Source of the DNA: Cyanobacteria bacterium CYA
GTDB lineage: Bacteria > Planctomycetota > Phycisphaerae > Phycisphaerales > UBA1924
DNA: 64,000 nt
Reading direction: 5' to 3'
Assembly: GCA_008363215.1 (NCBI GenBank)
Contig: RHKP01000007.1
Location: 113,713 to 177,712 of the forward strand
Shown here in pieces: positions 9,153 through 18,016 of the stretch. A program made the position numbers and the translations under genes. The first letter of the stretch is position 1; each line of letters begins with the position of its first letter. The notes under the pieces were generated by a model, which was not told the DNA's origin, did not search any database, and saw only the letters and a list, made by a program, of their open reading frames with translations.

Positions 9153-9806
9153 TCAGGCCGCAAGGCCCAGGCTGGTGGTCATCGTCGAGCCGTCGGGTCC
9201 GAACTGCAGTCCCAGCGCGGCCGAGTTGACCTGGTAACTGTCGCGGAAGGCGGCGATGTAATACTCGACGCTGGAGATGCCGGTGGGCAGGGTGGTGTCA
9301 TCGAACCACTTGTCCTTGAAGGTCTTGATCATGGTGAAGTTGGTTTCGCCGGGCAGGCGGCGGAAGACGCCGAAGTAGGCGCTCTGCGCGACCGAGCCCT
9401 TCCACGTCAGCCGGATGCCCCAGGGGAAGATGAAGGTCGCCGTCAGATCGGTCGGCATGTCGGGCGGACCGGCCGGCGTGGGCGGCTTTGGCGGAGGTAT
9501 TTGCGCTACGGCGTAGACGTTGGGGTCGTTGCTGGTTTCCGCGAAGGCGCGGATGGTCTTGATCAGATCGGCGCCGAACTCACTGAGGGCGCTCATGGCG
9601 TTGGTCTGCACCGTCGTGGCGGCGCGCGAGGCCGAGCGTGCCGCCTGCGCATCGTCGAAGGCGTTTCTTGCATCATTGACCAATGAAGCCAGGGCGGTCA
9701 GTTGGGTGGAGGACAGGCCGATGCTGGCGGCCGCGGCGGCCCAGACGGGCGTGTGCTGCTCATAGAAGGCCAGTCGTTCGGCGATCTTGTCGGGGACGGT
9801 GGCCAT
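9153..9806 (-). CDS. Hypothetical protein, helical N-half and beta-rich (FN3-like?) C-half
   Basis: 217-aa ORF with an ATG start and clean coding-like sequence (…TATFIFPWGIRLTWKGSVAQSAYFGVFRRLPGETNF…). No family recognised. Confidence 0.8.
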   Translation of the reverse strand: MATVPDKIAERLAFYEQHTPVWAAAAASIGLSSTQLTALASLVNDARNAFDDAQAARSASRAATTVQTNAMSALSEFGADLIKTIRAFAETSNDPNVYAVAQIPPPKPPTPAGPPDMPTDLTATFIFPWGIRLTWKGSVAQSAYFGVFRRLPGETNFTMIKTFKDKWFDDTTLPTGISSVEYYIAAFRDSYQVNSAALGLQFGPDGSTMTTSLGLAA

Positions 9807-9924
9807 GCGGCCTCCTTTCTTCTCCTGTGTTCCGAAGCGCGATGCAGTCCCGGCGGTCCCGGGGGCCGCACGGTGCGGTCCATCGGCGGCATCGGGTCAG
9901 TGAAGGCCCGACTGAAGCGGAATG

Positions 9925-10770
9925 TCAGAAAGTCGGACAGGAAGTCAATGCCAGGGCCGGCCTTCCCAGCCGAGCAGATCCCAGAGTTGCTGGTTGAACT
10001 CGGCGTAGTAAGCGCTGAGCATGCGGCGTATTTCGGGGTTGATCACGTCGGTGTCGGTGCCCTGCCCCTTCACTTCGTCGGTACGTGTAACTGCGTGCGG
10101 CCGAAGCCCGAGCGGACGCGGCCCGTCGGGCTCGGCCCCGGGGCCGGTGGAGATCAACGGGGATGTCGTTGAAGGTCCATGCCGGCGCGCAGGTATTGCA
10201 TGCGGGGTCGGTCTGGTTGTTGCACCATGTCAGTTCGTCGTCGACAATCGACCAGACGGCCATCTGGTGATGCGCCGAGCCGGAGGCATTCGAGCGCCCA
10301 AGAATGTAGAGCCTGCTCTCGGACTCCGAGTAGTAGAGCGAACTGTTGTCGTTCGTCAGGCCGGGCACTTCGTAGACGCCGCGAAGAGTCAGACTGGGTG
10401 TCGCGCATGGGTCTGCCGCGTCCGAAGCATACTCGCCCATGTCGTAGACATACAGACGAACCTGTGAATCGTTGCCGAACTCGTGCTTGTTCATCGCCAG
10501 CACAAAGACACGGAAATCCCACCACCCGGTGCCCGAGTCGCTCCCGGTAAGCGCGACCGCCATGTCGATCCCCCATGTCGTGTAGAATGGGGCGCAGGAG
10601 GAGCCTTCGATCTGGTCCGGGAGACGGACGTCGAACTTGTGGGTCTTCCCATAGTCGGTGAAGTACATGAGCCGGACGCCGTCGAGGTATTCGGAGACAC
10701 GAGGACCCTTGGTTGGTTCACCAGGACCGCCGGTTCGGTAGGGACGGTTCCAGTCGATCACCGATCCCAT
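9925..10770 (-). CDS. Hypothetical protein; the last ~75 codons look like out-of-frame read-through
   Basis: The first ~200 aa are coding-like (…RLYVYDMGEYASDAADPCATPSLTLRGVYEVPGL…). After ...FNDIPVDLH the sequence becomes R/A/S-rich junk, and another frame there carries a sulfotransferase-like C-terminus. Confidence 0.6.
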   Translation of the reverse strand: MGSVIDWNRPYRTGGPGEPTKGPRVSEYLDGVRLMYFTDYGKTHKFDVRLPDQIEGSSCAPFYTTWGIDMAVALTGSDSGTGWWDFRVFVLAMNKHEFGNDSQVRLYVYDMGEYASDAADPCATPSLTLRGVYEVPGLTNDNSSLYYSESESRLYILGRSNASGSAHHQMAVWSIVDDELTWCNNQTDPACNTCAPAWTFNDIPVDLHRPRGRARRAASARASAARSYTYRRSEGAGHRHRRDQPRNTPHAQRLLRRVQPATLGSARLGRPALALTSCPTF

Positions 10771-10773
10771 GAC

Positions 10774-11607
10774 CTAAAGCCTGTGCCCATAGCTCTCGGC
10801 GGCGCAGTATCCGATCGTGCGCTGGGTCGTCCACACAGGAATGTCGCTGTCGAGCGCGTGGAGGTCGCTCCGCGTTTCATCGGCCAGGTCGTCCGGGATA
10901 TCCGGAGTTGGATTGCCGGTCGCCGGGTCAGTTCCGTCTGGGACATAGTGATATCTGTTGGGTTCGGTCGACTGCCCGTTGAGGCAGAATCTCTGTTGCA
11001 CCTGGGTCCACGGAAAGGAGGTCCCGATCAGTCCTGGATCACAACGGAGAATCCGAATCGTCTTGTTGCGTGGGTCGGTGTCGCTTCTCTGATCACGATA
11101 CGCCGTGCCGCACTCGGGTCCCGCGACATATATATAGCGTGACAGTTGCGACGCGCACATCCCCCACCGGGGCAGGTGAATGGCGAGATCCCCAAGGTCG
11201 TACTCTTGGACCGGCGTAGCGGAGATGAGGTCTCCAGTCGTGTCGTCGAGATCGAAGACAAAATGCCGGAGATAGTGGTGCTGCAGGACCGAGTCCGCCA
11301 CATTGTCTATGCCCTGCACAACAACGTGGAGTCGGCAATCTTCAGGGTCGTCATTGTCGATGACGATCGACGGCGGCTCGAAGCCGCGGCGCGTGGGGGC
11401 GCGTTCGTCGGCGGGCGTGGTCCAGATCTCCGTCCACACTTGCTCCCAAATTGTTGAGCCGCAGTGCCGCTTGTACAGCGTGATGTCGCGACCGTGCACT
11501 CTCTCCTGGGGAGATGCTCCGTCATCCTCCTTGCTCACAAACTGCAGAGAACCACGGTGTCGCAGTACTCGCCGACATGTGCGATCTTCGGGGCGTTTCG
11601 ACCCCAC
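10774..11607 (-). CDS. Hypothetical protein (start uncertain)
   Basis: Coding-like from about ...ITLYKRHCGSTIWEQVW onward. Its stop lies 4 nt before the start of the next gene (operon-like). The N-terminal ~30 codons overlap the 11535..11828 ORF and are doubtful. Confidence 0.6.
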   Translation of the reverse strand: MGSKRPEDRTCRRVLRHRGSLQFVSKEDDGASPQERVHGRDITLYKRHCGSTIWEQVWTEIWTTPADERAPTRRGFEPPSIVIDNDDPEDCRLHVVVQGIDNVADSVLQHHYLRHFVFDLDDTTGDLISATPVQEYDLGDLAIHLPRWGMCASQLSRYIYVAGPECGTAYRDQRSDTDPRNKTIRILRCDPGLIGTSFPWTQVQQRFCLNGQSTEPNRYHYVPDGTDPATGNPTPDIPDDLADETRSDLHALDSDIPVWTTQRTIGYCAAESYGHRL

Positions 11608-11828
11608 AGCGGGCTCGGGTCGGCGGGCGACCAGTTCCCGTCATTGTCCACGAAATCCCCGTACACCGGGTCGTTGATCTGGAGGACGATCGGCCAGTGG
11701 ATCATCGCATCGTTCGAGTCAAACCGCGTGGGGACCGGTGGCCGGCCCCCTCCGCCGCCTATCCGGGCGTGCACGCTGCCGAGCGCCGTGATGGCGATGG
11801 TGATGACGAAAATCGTGCGATCAAGCAT
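11535..11828 (-). CDS. Small secreted hypothetical protein, or the frameshifted N-terminus of the downstream gene
   Basis: Signal-like MLDRTIFVITIAITALGSVHA. It overlaps the start of the 10774..11607 ORF in another frame. Confidence 0.45.
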   Translation of the reverse strand: MLDRTIFVITIAITALGSVHARIGGGGGRPPVPTRFDSNDAMIHWPIVLQINDPVYGDFVDNDGNWSPADPSPLWGRNAPKIAHVGEYCDTVVLCSL

Positions 11829-11996
11829 GGTGAGGCTCTCCGTTCATGGCCGGCTCGCCGCCATGCCAGATTCGGCTGAGTCGGGCACCGCAGATGCGGG
11901 ACAGTGAGGGGTGGGGTGGGCCCAATGTGGAAAAGTCATATGCATCGTTATGTACGGTTGCATCACGATGAGGGGGCCTCCCGGAGGGCATCGTGA

Positions 11997-13448
11997 ATGA
12001 GGTGTATTGATGGCGTGAGGTTCCGTGCGCCGATGACGTCGTTCGCGAAGGCCGTATATATACTGTCCGGCATGCCGCTTGAGCAAGCCATCCGGAGTGT
12101 CCTTCGGGTTTTTCGCCGGGAAGATCGCGCCCACCTGCAGATCGACGCGCCCGCCGGGGAGCCTCAGGTGGGTCACTATCCCGCACTGCCCGGTTGGACG
12201 CCTGACGAAATCGCCATACTCACGCCCGACCAGCTTTCCACCAACCCTCCGCCGCCGGTGCTCAGGGATCCGGCGTTTCCCGACGAGCCGACGCGGCGTC
12301 CTCCGCCGCGGGCCGAGCAGCCCGAGCCCTACCACGCCTACACCCACAATGCCGCCGGTGACGACCCGCCCGAGGACCAGGCCCTCCCGCCCCTGCGGTT
12401 CACGCCGGTCGAGCCGACCTTTCGCCCACAAGTCAGAGTCACTCCGGTCGAGGACGAGGCGGGGCGTCTGGCGGTGTACTACTTTGAGGCAGACACGGTT
12501 GACACGTTCGACTCGCCCAACTTCTGGCGCGCCCCCCACATCCTGCCTTGGAAGGCCAGGTGGGACGTGACCGGCCGCGGGGGTGTCCGCTACAGCATCT
12601 TCCGCAGCGGACACCACGCTCCGCACTCCGGGCCCGTGCTCGAGTTTCCCTTCCGCGCCACGGCGATGCGCCTGCCCGACGACTGGCGGATGCTCAACCG
12701 GGCCGAGCTCGAACGCCACGCGCTCGCGCTCGGCTACGCACTCGACCGGGACGCGACGATCCGCGAGGTCTTCGACTGGGTGCGCCACACCATCGTCTGG
12801 TCGGCCCAGTCGAAGGTGCGATCGACGCTCGACGTCTTCTGCACGGGCGTGGGCGCCTGCGGGCAGGCCAACGCGCTGTGCTCGCTGCTGCTCGAACTCA
12901 ACGGCATCCGCACCAGGGGAGTCTCCGGCTTTGACCCGATCATCCGAAAGGAGACGGACTGTCGCGGCGGCGGGCACTCGGCCGCCGAGTACTACGACGA
13001 GGACAACCAGCGCTGGAACTACATCGACCCTTATCTCGACCTGCTCCTGCCCGGCGTCGCGGCCGCCGACTTTGATGCACACGAGATCGGCGACCTCGCG
13101 CTCGGCACGGCCGCATGCCTCCGCCCGCTGAAGCGCCAGTTCATGTATCGGCGCTACTTCGACCGGCTCAACCGCATGATCCCGGTGAGCATGTTGCAGG
13201 TCGACGGCGACGAACGCAGATGGGGCACGCGGTGGCCGCTGGTCCAGCCGCGTCCCTTCGCGCCCGGGGAACTCTTCCCGGAGACTCAGACCATCCACGT
13301 CCGGGCCCGCTACCTGCTGACCAACGGGCAGCGCGTCCTGCACCGCTCGGTCCGCCCGAACCCGGCCGGCGGGACCGGAGTGGTGGCCTCGCCTTGGGCG
13401 ACGACGGCCTTCGAGATCCGCCCGCGCGAACTTCTGGGGATCGACTAG
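11997..13448 (+). CDS. Transglutaminase-like cysteine protease superfamily protein
   Basis: GVGACGQANALCSLLLELNGIRTRGVSG (Cys), GGGHSAAEYYDEDNQRW (His) and NYIDP (Asp) match the transglutaminase core triad spacing. The N-terminal region is Pro-rich. Confidence 0.85.
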   Translation: MRCIDGVRFRAPMTSFAKAVYILSGMPLEQAIRSVLRVFRREDRAHLQIDAPAGEPQVGHYPALPGWTPDEIAILTPDQLSTNPPPPVLRDPAFPDEPTRRPPPRAEQPEPYHAYTHNAAGDDPPEDQALPPLRFTPVEPTFRPQVRVTPVEDEAGRLAVYYFEADTVDTFDSPNFWRAPHILPWKARWDVTGRGGVRYSIFRSGHHAPHSGPVLEFPFRATAMRLPDDWRMLNRAELERHALALGYALDRDATIREVFDWVRHTIVWSAQSKVRSTLDVFCTGVGACGQANALCSLLLELNGIRTRGVSGFDPIIRKETDCRGGGHSAAEYYDEDNQRWNYIDPYLDLLLPGVAAADFDAHEIGDLALGTAACLRPLKRQFMYRRYFDRLNRMIPVSMLQVDGDERRWGTRWPLVQPRPFAPGELFPETQTIHVRARYLLTNGQRVLHRSVRPNPAGGTGVVASPWATTAFEIRPRELLGID

Positions 13449-13530
13449 GCTCGCTCGCGCGTCATGCCTGAAAACATGCGGAATCAGCGTTGGGAAGCCC
13501 TCAGAGGCGTCGGAGCGCCACATCTGCCCG

Positions 13531-13783
13531 ATCGGAAACGAATTTCCAGCGGTGGAAAATGGAATTCCGGGGCCGGGGAATGAATTTCCGGCGGTCTGGA
13601 ACGACCTTCCACCGCCGGAAAACCATATCGGGGCTCCATCGTTTCATTTCCCGGGGCCGGAAAGTCATAGTCGGTGGCCCCAACGTGATTTCAGGCCGCC
13701 GGAAAGTCATTTCCCATCGCTCCAAATTGGTTTTGGACCGCCGGAACGTGACTCCGGAGGCCGGGATTGCATTTCCGAGGGCC
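13531..13783. repeat. Degenerate tandem array of about 12 units with ~21-bp period; each unit is an imperfect palindrome GGAA-N5-6-TTCC, often flanked by CCGG
   Basis: Units begin near 13534, 13554, 13577, 13598, 13617, 13641, 13659, 13685, 13701, 13724, 13743 and 13764. Examples are GGAAACGAATTTCC, GGAAAATGGAATTCC, GGAATGAATTTCC, GGAACGACCTTCC, GGAAAGTCATTTCC and GGATTGCATTTCC. Confidence 0.85.
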
Positions 13784-13996
13784 CGATCCTGCGGCCCGAT
13801 CGCCCGGCCGCTGGACGCCGTGGCGCACGACCTGGCGCGCTGAGGCCCGGTGTGCCCCGATTGGGCGCCCCGTGGGTCTCGGGCCGCGCGGGGTAGACCT
13901 TGGCGGCGAGGATCACGCCGTCGCGCGTGCGGGCGGCGCGGGCGGGCACGTGCAGCCCTCAGAAGCCCCGGCGCGCTGCCCGGCCGACGAACAGAT

Positions 13997-14635
13997 CTAC
14001 TCCCCGGCCATGTCCGCAATGAAGGCGTTGGCCTCCTCGATCGAGGCGTTCATCTCGTCGATCAGCCTGGCGACGTCGCTCTGCACCGAGGCCACCTCGC
14101 GATCGAGTGAGGCGATGGCGCGCGCGTTGAGGTTGTGCTTGAGAAACAGAACCTGGTCGTTGAAGGCGTCGAGCACCGGCTGCATCCGGGCCTCGGCGCT
14201 CTTCATCGCTTCCAGCAGTTCCTCATACCGCTCCTTCGTGCGGTCCAGTTGCTGCTGGCTGGAGCGCCGCAGATCCTCGCTGTGATACTGCTTCAGTTCG
14301 GCGTTCCATTCCTTGAACAGCGCGCCGGCCACGCGCTCCACGTCGCGGATGCGGTCGCGCACGGTTTCGGCCTGGCTCTCCGAGCGCGTCAGTTCCTTCT
14401 TGAGGCGCTCATAGGTCTTCTCCAGGTCGCCCGTGTCCGCGCTGGTCAGCGCAAGGAACTCATCCAGGGCCGAGGAAAACTGCTCCTTGGCCTCCTGCTG
14501 ATCGTCGCGGGCCTTCTGCACGCGCTCCACCAGTTGCTCACGCTTGGGATTGCCCAGCGCCTCGCGCACGGCGATGCCCGTCGAGGCACAGCCCGCCAGC
14601 ACGATCATCAAGGCCGCAATCAGTATGCTCCTCAT
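13997..14635 (-). CDS. DUF2959-like coiled-coil lipoprotein
   Basis: ATG at 14635 follows GGAGGTG. MRSILIAALMIVLAGC is a lipobox signal. The remainder is long and helical (…KARDDQQEAKEQFSSALDEF…). Confidence 0.85.
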   Translation of the reverse strand: MRSILIAALMIVLAGCASTGIAVREALGNPKREQLVERVQKARDDQQEAKEQFSSALDEFLALTSADTGDLEKTYERLKKELTRSESQAETVRDRIRDVERVAGALFKEWNAELKQYHSEDLRRSSQQQLDRTKERYEELLEAMKSAEARMQPVLDAFNDQVLFLKHNLNARAIASLDREVASVQSDVARLIDEMNASIEEANAFIADMAGE

Positions 14636-14827
14636 CAAGTCACCTCCGGGAAAGATTCGTACGCCGTCGTGGCGGAGGGACGCAAAGGCTGCGCACAGAC
14701 GCTCGGTTGGCGCGGGCAGAAAGCAGGCTCCAGGCCCTCCCTCCCGATCCGGCCTCTTTCCTGCAATCCATTCTTCACGCCGGCGCCGGTCACTTCGCCT
14801 CCTGGTCGTTCGGTCTCTTTGCCCCTT

Positions 14828-14866
14828 CTGCGTCTTCTCCGCGTCCGCTGCGTCTTCTCCGCGTCC
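14828..14866. repeat. Tandem duplication of CTGCGTCTTCTCCGCGTCC (2 copies, 20-bp period)
   Basis: 14828-14846 and 14848-14866 are identical. The duplication lies in the intergenic region between the PIN/TRAM gene stop and the DUF2959 gene start. Confidence 0.9.
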
Positions 14867-14897
14867 CCCGCGACTCATGGCGCCGTCTGCGTGCCGA

Positions 14898-16196
14898 TTA
14901 CCTTCGCGGGTTCCGTCCCCGGACGCCGCGCTGCCGCGGGCCGCGGGCAGGTCCGTGCGGCTCGCCGCTCTCAGGCTCCTCCTCCGCGCCGACACGTTCA
15001 CCCGCGCCCGGTTCGGGCAGCGCCGCCGCGTTCTCGTCGACCGACGCTTCGGGCTGCCGTCGCTCGCTCTGGCGAGCAAAAACCAGCCGCCCTGCGCTGG
15101 TCTGCAGCGTGCTCGTGACGGTGACGCGGACCTGCCGTCCGACCGCCCCCGCGCCGTCTTCGACCACCACCATCGTGCCGTCCTCGAGATATCCGACGCC
15201 CTGCCCGGGCTGCTCGCCCGGGCGCGTGACGGTGATCGAGAGTTCCTGCCCGGTCGTCACGGCCGGCTTGAGCGCGATCGCCAGGTCGTTGAGGTTCACC
15301 GCCACGACTCCGTGAATCGCAGCCACACGCACCAGCCCGGTGTCCGTCGTCACCACGATCGCCGGCATCTGGCGGGCCAGTTCGACGAGCATCTGGTCGA
15401 CCGCTTTGCCGGGGACGCCGGTTTCGTCGATGGAGATGTCGATCGCAGGCGAACGCTGGAGCGTGGAAATGTAATCAAGTCCGCGGCGACCTCGCGCACG
15501 CTTCTGCTTGTCGGTCGAGTCGGCGAGCAACTGCAACTCGGCGATCACAAAGTGCGGGATCACCAGCGGCGCCTGGATGAAACCCGTCTGGCACACGTCC
15601 AGGACGCGCCCGTCGATGAGGACCGAAGAGTCGAGCAGCATCGGCCTCATGCCGCGAATCTGCTTGGCAAACTCGACGTAGGGGATGACCAGGCGGAAAT
15701 CGTCCTGCGTCTGGAGAACCGTCGTGATGGAAAGATACGCCAGCGTGATCCCCAGCAGCACCTTGATCGTCGCCACGATGGGCGCAATGGCCTCACGCGA
15801 GTTCTGGTCGATGATCCACGTCTCCAGCAGCAGGTCGATGACGAAGCCCAGAGCGATGGAGGCCACGACCGCCCCGAGGATGCCGATCAACACGCTGAAA
15901 AGCGTCGAAATCTTTTTCTTGGGCGTCAGATAGTCGAGCAGAAGCACCACCCCGGCCACCGCCCCGGCAAGGAGCAGAATCACCGGGTACGCAATGGCCC
16001 AGCGAATCTCGGCTTCCTTCGAGTCGGACTGAACCCCCACGATGGAGAGCAGGGTGACGGTGAAAAAGAGCGCCACAAAGCAGACGCGGATGATGCGGAT
16101 GAGGTAGACGCGCCCGTGATCCGGGGGCGAGAGGTCGGCGGACTGCTGCTTGCGCGCGGGGGAGGGCACGGGATCGGGGGGGCCTTGGGCCGGCAT
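14898..16196 (-). CDS. PIN/TRAM domain-containing membrane protein (YacL-like)
   Basis: ATG at 16196. Four N-terminal TM helices, a PIN-like MLLDSSVLIDGRVLDV...VIPHFVIAELQLLAD, and a C-terminal TRAM-like ...ITVTRPGEQPGQGVGYLEDGTMVVVEDG. Confidence 0.9.
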   Translation of the reverse strand: MPAQGPPDPVPSPARKQQSADLSPPDHGRVYLIRIIRVCFVALFFTVTLLSIVGVQSDSKEAEIRWAIAYPVILLLAGAVAGVVLLLDYLTPKKKISTLFSVLIGILGAVVASIALGFVIDLLLETWIIDQNSREAIAPIVATIKVLLGITLAYLSITTVLQTQDDFRLVIPYVEFAKQIRGMRPMLLDSSVLIDGRVLDVCQTGFIQAPLVIPHFVIAELQLLADSTDKQKRARGRRGLDYISTLQRSPAIDISIDETGVPGKAVDQMLVELARQMPAIVVTTDTGLVRVAAIHGVVAVNLNDLAIALKPAVTTGQELSITVTRPGEQPGQGVGYLEDGTMVVVEDGAGAVGRQVRVTVTSTLQTSAGRLVFARQSERRQPEASVDENAAALPEPGAGERVGAEEEPESGEPHGPARGPRQRGVRGRNPRR

Positions 16197-16343
16197 ATGG
16201 GAGAGTGTACCCGGGGGCGCAGGTGTTCTAGCATGGGTGCTCCCGCGTCGGTTGACGGCCGGGCCCGGTGCACGGGTTGTGCCGTGAACCTGGTCAGGGC
16301 TTGACCGCAGCAGCCATAAGCGGACATGGCCCGGTGCCGCCGG

Positions 16344-16364
16344 TGTCCTGGCCGTCAACCGCGC
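16344..16364 (+). repeat. Left copy of an exact 21-bp direct repeat, TGTCCTGGCCGTCAACCGCGC
   Basis: Identical to 19202-19222. It lies 49 nt upstream of the 16413 start codon. Confidence 0.9.
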
Positions 16365-16412
16365 GGGGGCTTCCCCTGGACAGCGAGTGAACCTTTTTGT
16401 TACCATGCCCAC

Positions 16413-17579
16413 ATGAACTGGGCAAAGGCCATGGGCCGTTTCGGGGCCGGGTGCGTGCTCCTGTGCGTGTCTTCCTTGGCCTCCGGTGGGGCGAGGCTTG
16501 ATGCAGAGCCTGGTTCGTTGGAGTGGTTCCAGGAGATCTGGGACGAGGCGACGGCGTGGAAGCCACCGACGGGAGTGACGATTGAATACGACATCGTCGA
16601 ACGCCACACGGTTGAGCAGTCGCAGATCGACGAGTTGGTGCTGAAGGGGGCTTCTGATCTGACGCATCCTCATCACTCTCAACTGGTCAACCTTCTTCAG
16701 TTGCAGCGGGTCCCCGAGTATCCATCGAAGCAGGTTGTCACGCTTCTGGCAGAAGGGTGGCGAGTTGATCGTGATTGTCTGGCCGAGGGACTGACCCCTG
16801 AGCAGAAGTGGGAAACGGTCGCCGAAGGCACGAGCAGGTGGCAACTTCGCCCGGGATCTCTTCTCATCACCGACAAATCGGAGCCGGATGAGCATTTTGG
16901 CTTTGACAATGAGTTGGCGGCGATCGACCTGCATCTGCGGGAGCATGTGTGGTTCGGCATGGGCAACCAGTCGGGCGCGGCTTGGAGATTTCGGCCCGAA
17001 TCGTCGAAGTTAGCATCTGATGGATCATGGATTGGCGTCGTGGCGACACCGGACCGCGGGATCAGGAAGCAGTTTTCCGGCCGCATCGACTCGGAGGGTG
17101 ACGTGTTCGTGTCTCGCGCCGAGATCATAGAGGCCCGTGACGAACACGCATACGCCGTCGGGCAGAGTTGGGAGTTCGCCGAACCTGTAGCGGGCGGGAT
17201 CCTTGGCGACCGGACCATCGGGCGCCGAGTGACGTGGAGATTGCCTCCGGCCGGAATCACGCGGACGCAAACTCTGGTCAGTGTGAGCTCCATTCCGAGC
17301 AGCGAAACGAAGAACTACGCGCTGCTTGATCCACCGCTCAATGGGCAGAACGCCTTGCGCGGAGATGTTTCTGTGTCTCAATTGCGTGAAGTTGCCCGCG
17401 GGCGTGAACGAAGAAGTGTCGAAGACGACGCGGGTGGCAGGCGGGTGGTCGATGCGGACGCCGGTGCATGGTGGCGACAATCAGACTCGTGGTCCCCAAA
17501 ACACCTGGGATGGCTTGTCGCCGGATTCATGGTCATTCTCATCGTGGTGGTGCGAGTGTGGACCGCACGCCGACCGTGA
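16413..17579 (+). CDS. Hypothetical protein with an N-terminal signal and a C-terminal TM anchor
   Basis: MNWAKAMGRFGAGCVLLCVSSLASGGA is signal-like and the C-terminal LGWLVAGFMVILIVVVRVW is a TM helix. By eye this DNA is less GC-rich than the flanks. Confidence 0.7.
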   Translation: MNWAKAMGRFGAGCVLLCVSSLASGGARLDAEPGSLEWFQEIWDEATAWKPPTGVTIEYDIVERHTVEQSQIDELVLKGASDLTHPHHSQLVNLLQLQRVPEYPSKQVVTLLAEGWRVDRDCLAEGLTPEQKWETVAEGTSRWQLRPGSLLITDKSEPDEHFGFDNELAAIDLHLREHVWFGMGNQSGAAWRFRPESSKLASDGSWIGVVATPDRGIRKQFSGRIDSEGDVFVSRAEIIEARDEHAYAVGQSWEFAEPVAGGILGDRTIGRRVTWRLPPAGITRTQTLVSVSSIPSSETKNYALLDPPLNGQNALRGDVSVSQLREVARGRERRSVEDDAGGRRVVDADAGAWWRQSDSWSPKHLGWLVAGFMVILIVVVRVWTARRP

Positions 17580-17649
17580 AAGCTCTCATGTGGCGCTCAT
17601 TGCGCAAGGAGTGAACGGCGTGGGGCGAGCAGGGAACTCACTTTGTAGT

Positions 17650-18000
17650 GTGGCCGCTGTTTCAACTTTGTCCGGCGGCGCCGTTGCCGTTGTGTGTTAC
17701 CTTCTGGTCCCCTTGGGAAACGGGTGTGATGCGTCGCCCCCGCCATTGGCGCCGTGGCAGTGTGTCTATGCCACGAGCCTCAACTCAATGCTCTTTGCAT
17801 GTGACAATATCGAGGAGTACGACCCGTTGGGCAAGACGTCCTGCAGCCACACGATGGACCTCGTGTGCCAAATGGAGATCGGCGTCCTCAACAATGGTGT
17901 GTGCGTAGCGTCAGAGTCTGGAGGCATCCATAAGGTGTGGACGCTGCAAGCTTTCTTCCCGACGGGCGCGAGCCCTTGTCCCCAGGGCGGACCCGGGTAA
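17650..18000 (+). CDS. Possible small Cys-rich secreted/lipoprotein (8 Cys in about 116 aa); start uncertain
   Basis: GTG at 17650 gives (M)AAVSTLSGGAVAVVCYLLVPLGNGCDAS... followed by regularly spaced Cys. This is the only coding-like frame between the flanking genes. Confidence 0.4.
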   Translation: MAAVSTLSGGAVAVVCYLLVPLGNGCDASPPPLAPWQCVYATSLNSMLFACDNIEEYDPLGKTSCSHTMDLVCQMEIGVLNNGVCVASESGGIHKVWTLQAFFPTGASPCPQGGPG

Positions 18001-18016
18001 CGCGGGGCAATCGCCC

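Noticed and set aside
11844-13523. 559-aa minus-strand ORF covering the whole transglutaminase-like gene
   Set aside because: It is antisense to a gene with clear family motifs. The translation is Arg/Gly/Pro/Val-rich with no motifs, which is a typical high-GC shadow ORF.
13490-13843. 117-aa ORF with a 7-aa periodic sequence (NFQRWKM EFRGRGM NFRRSGT ...) across the 21-bp array
   Set aside because: The periodicity is a direct consequence of the 21-bp DNA repeat and appears in all six frames. There is no SD or start context, so it is treated as non-coding repeat DNA.
14544-16304. 586-aa + strand ORF opposite the PIN/TRAM gene
   Set aside because: It is antisense to a gene with clear TM, PIN and TRAM architecture and has no motifs of its own.
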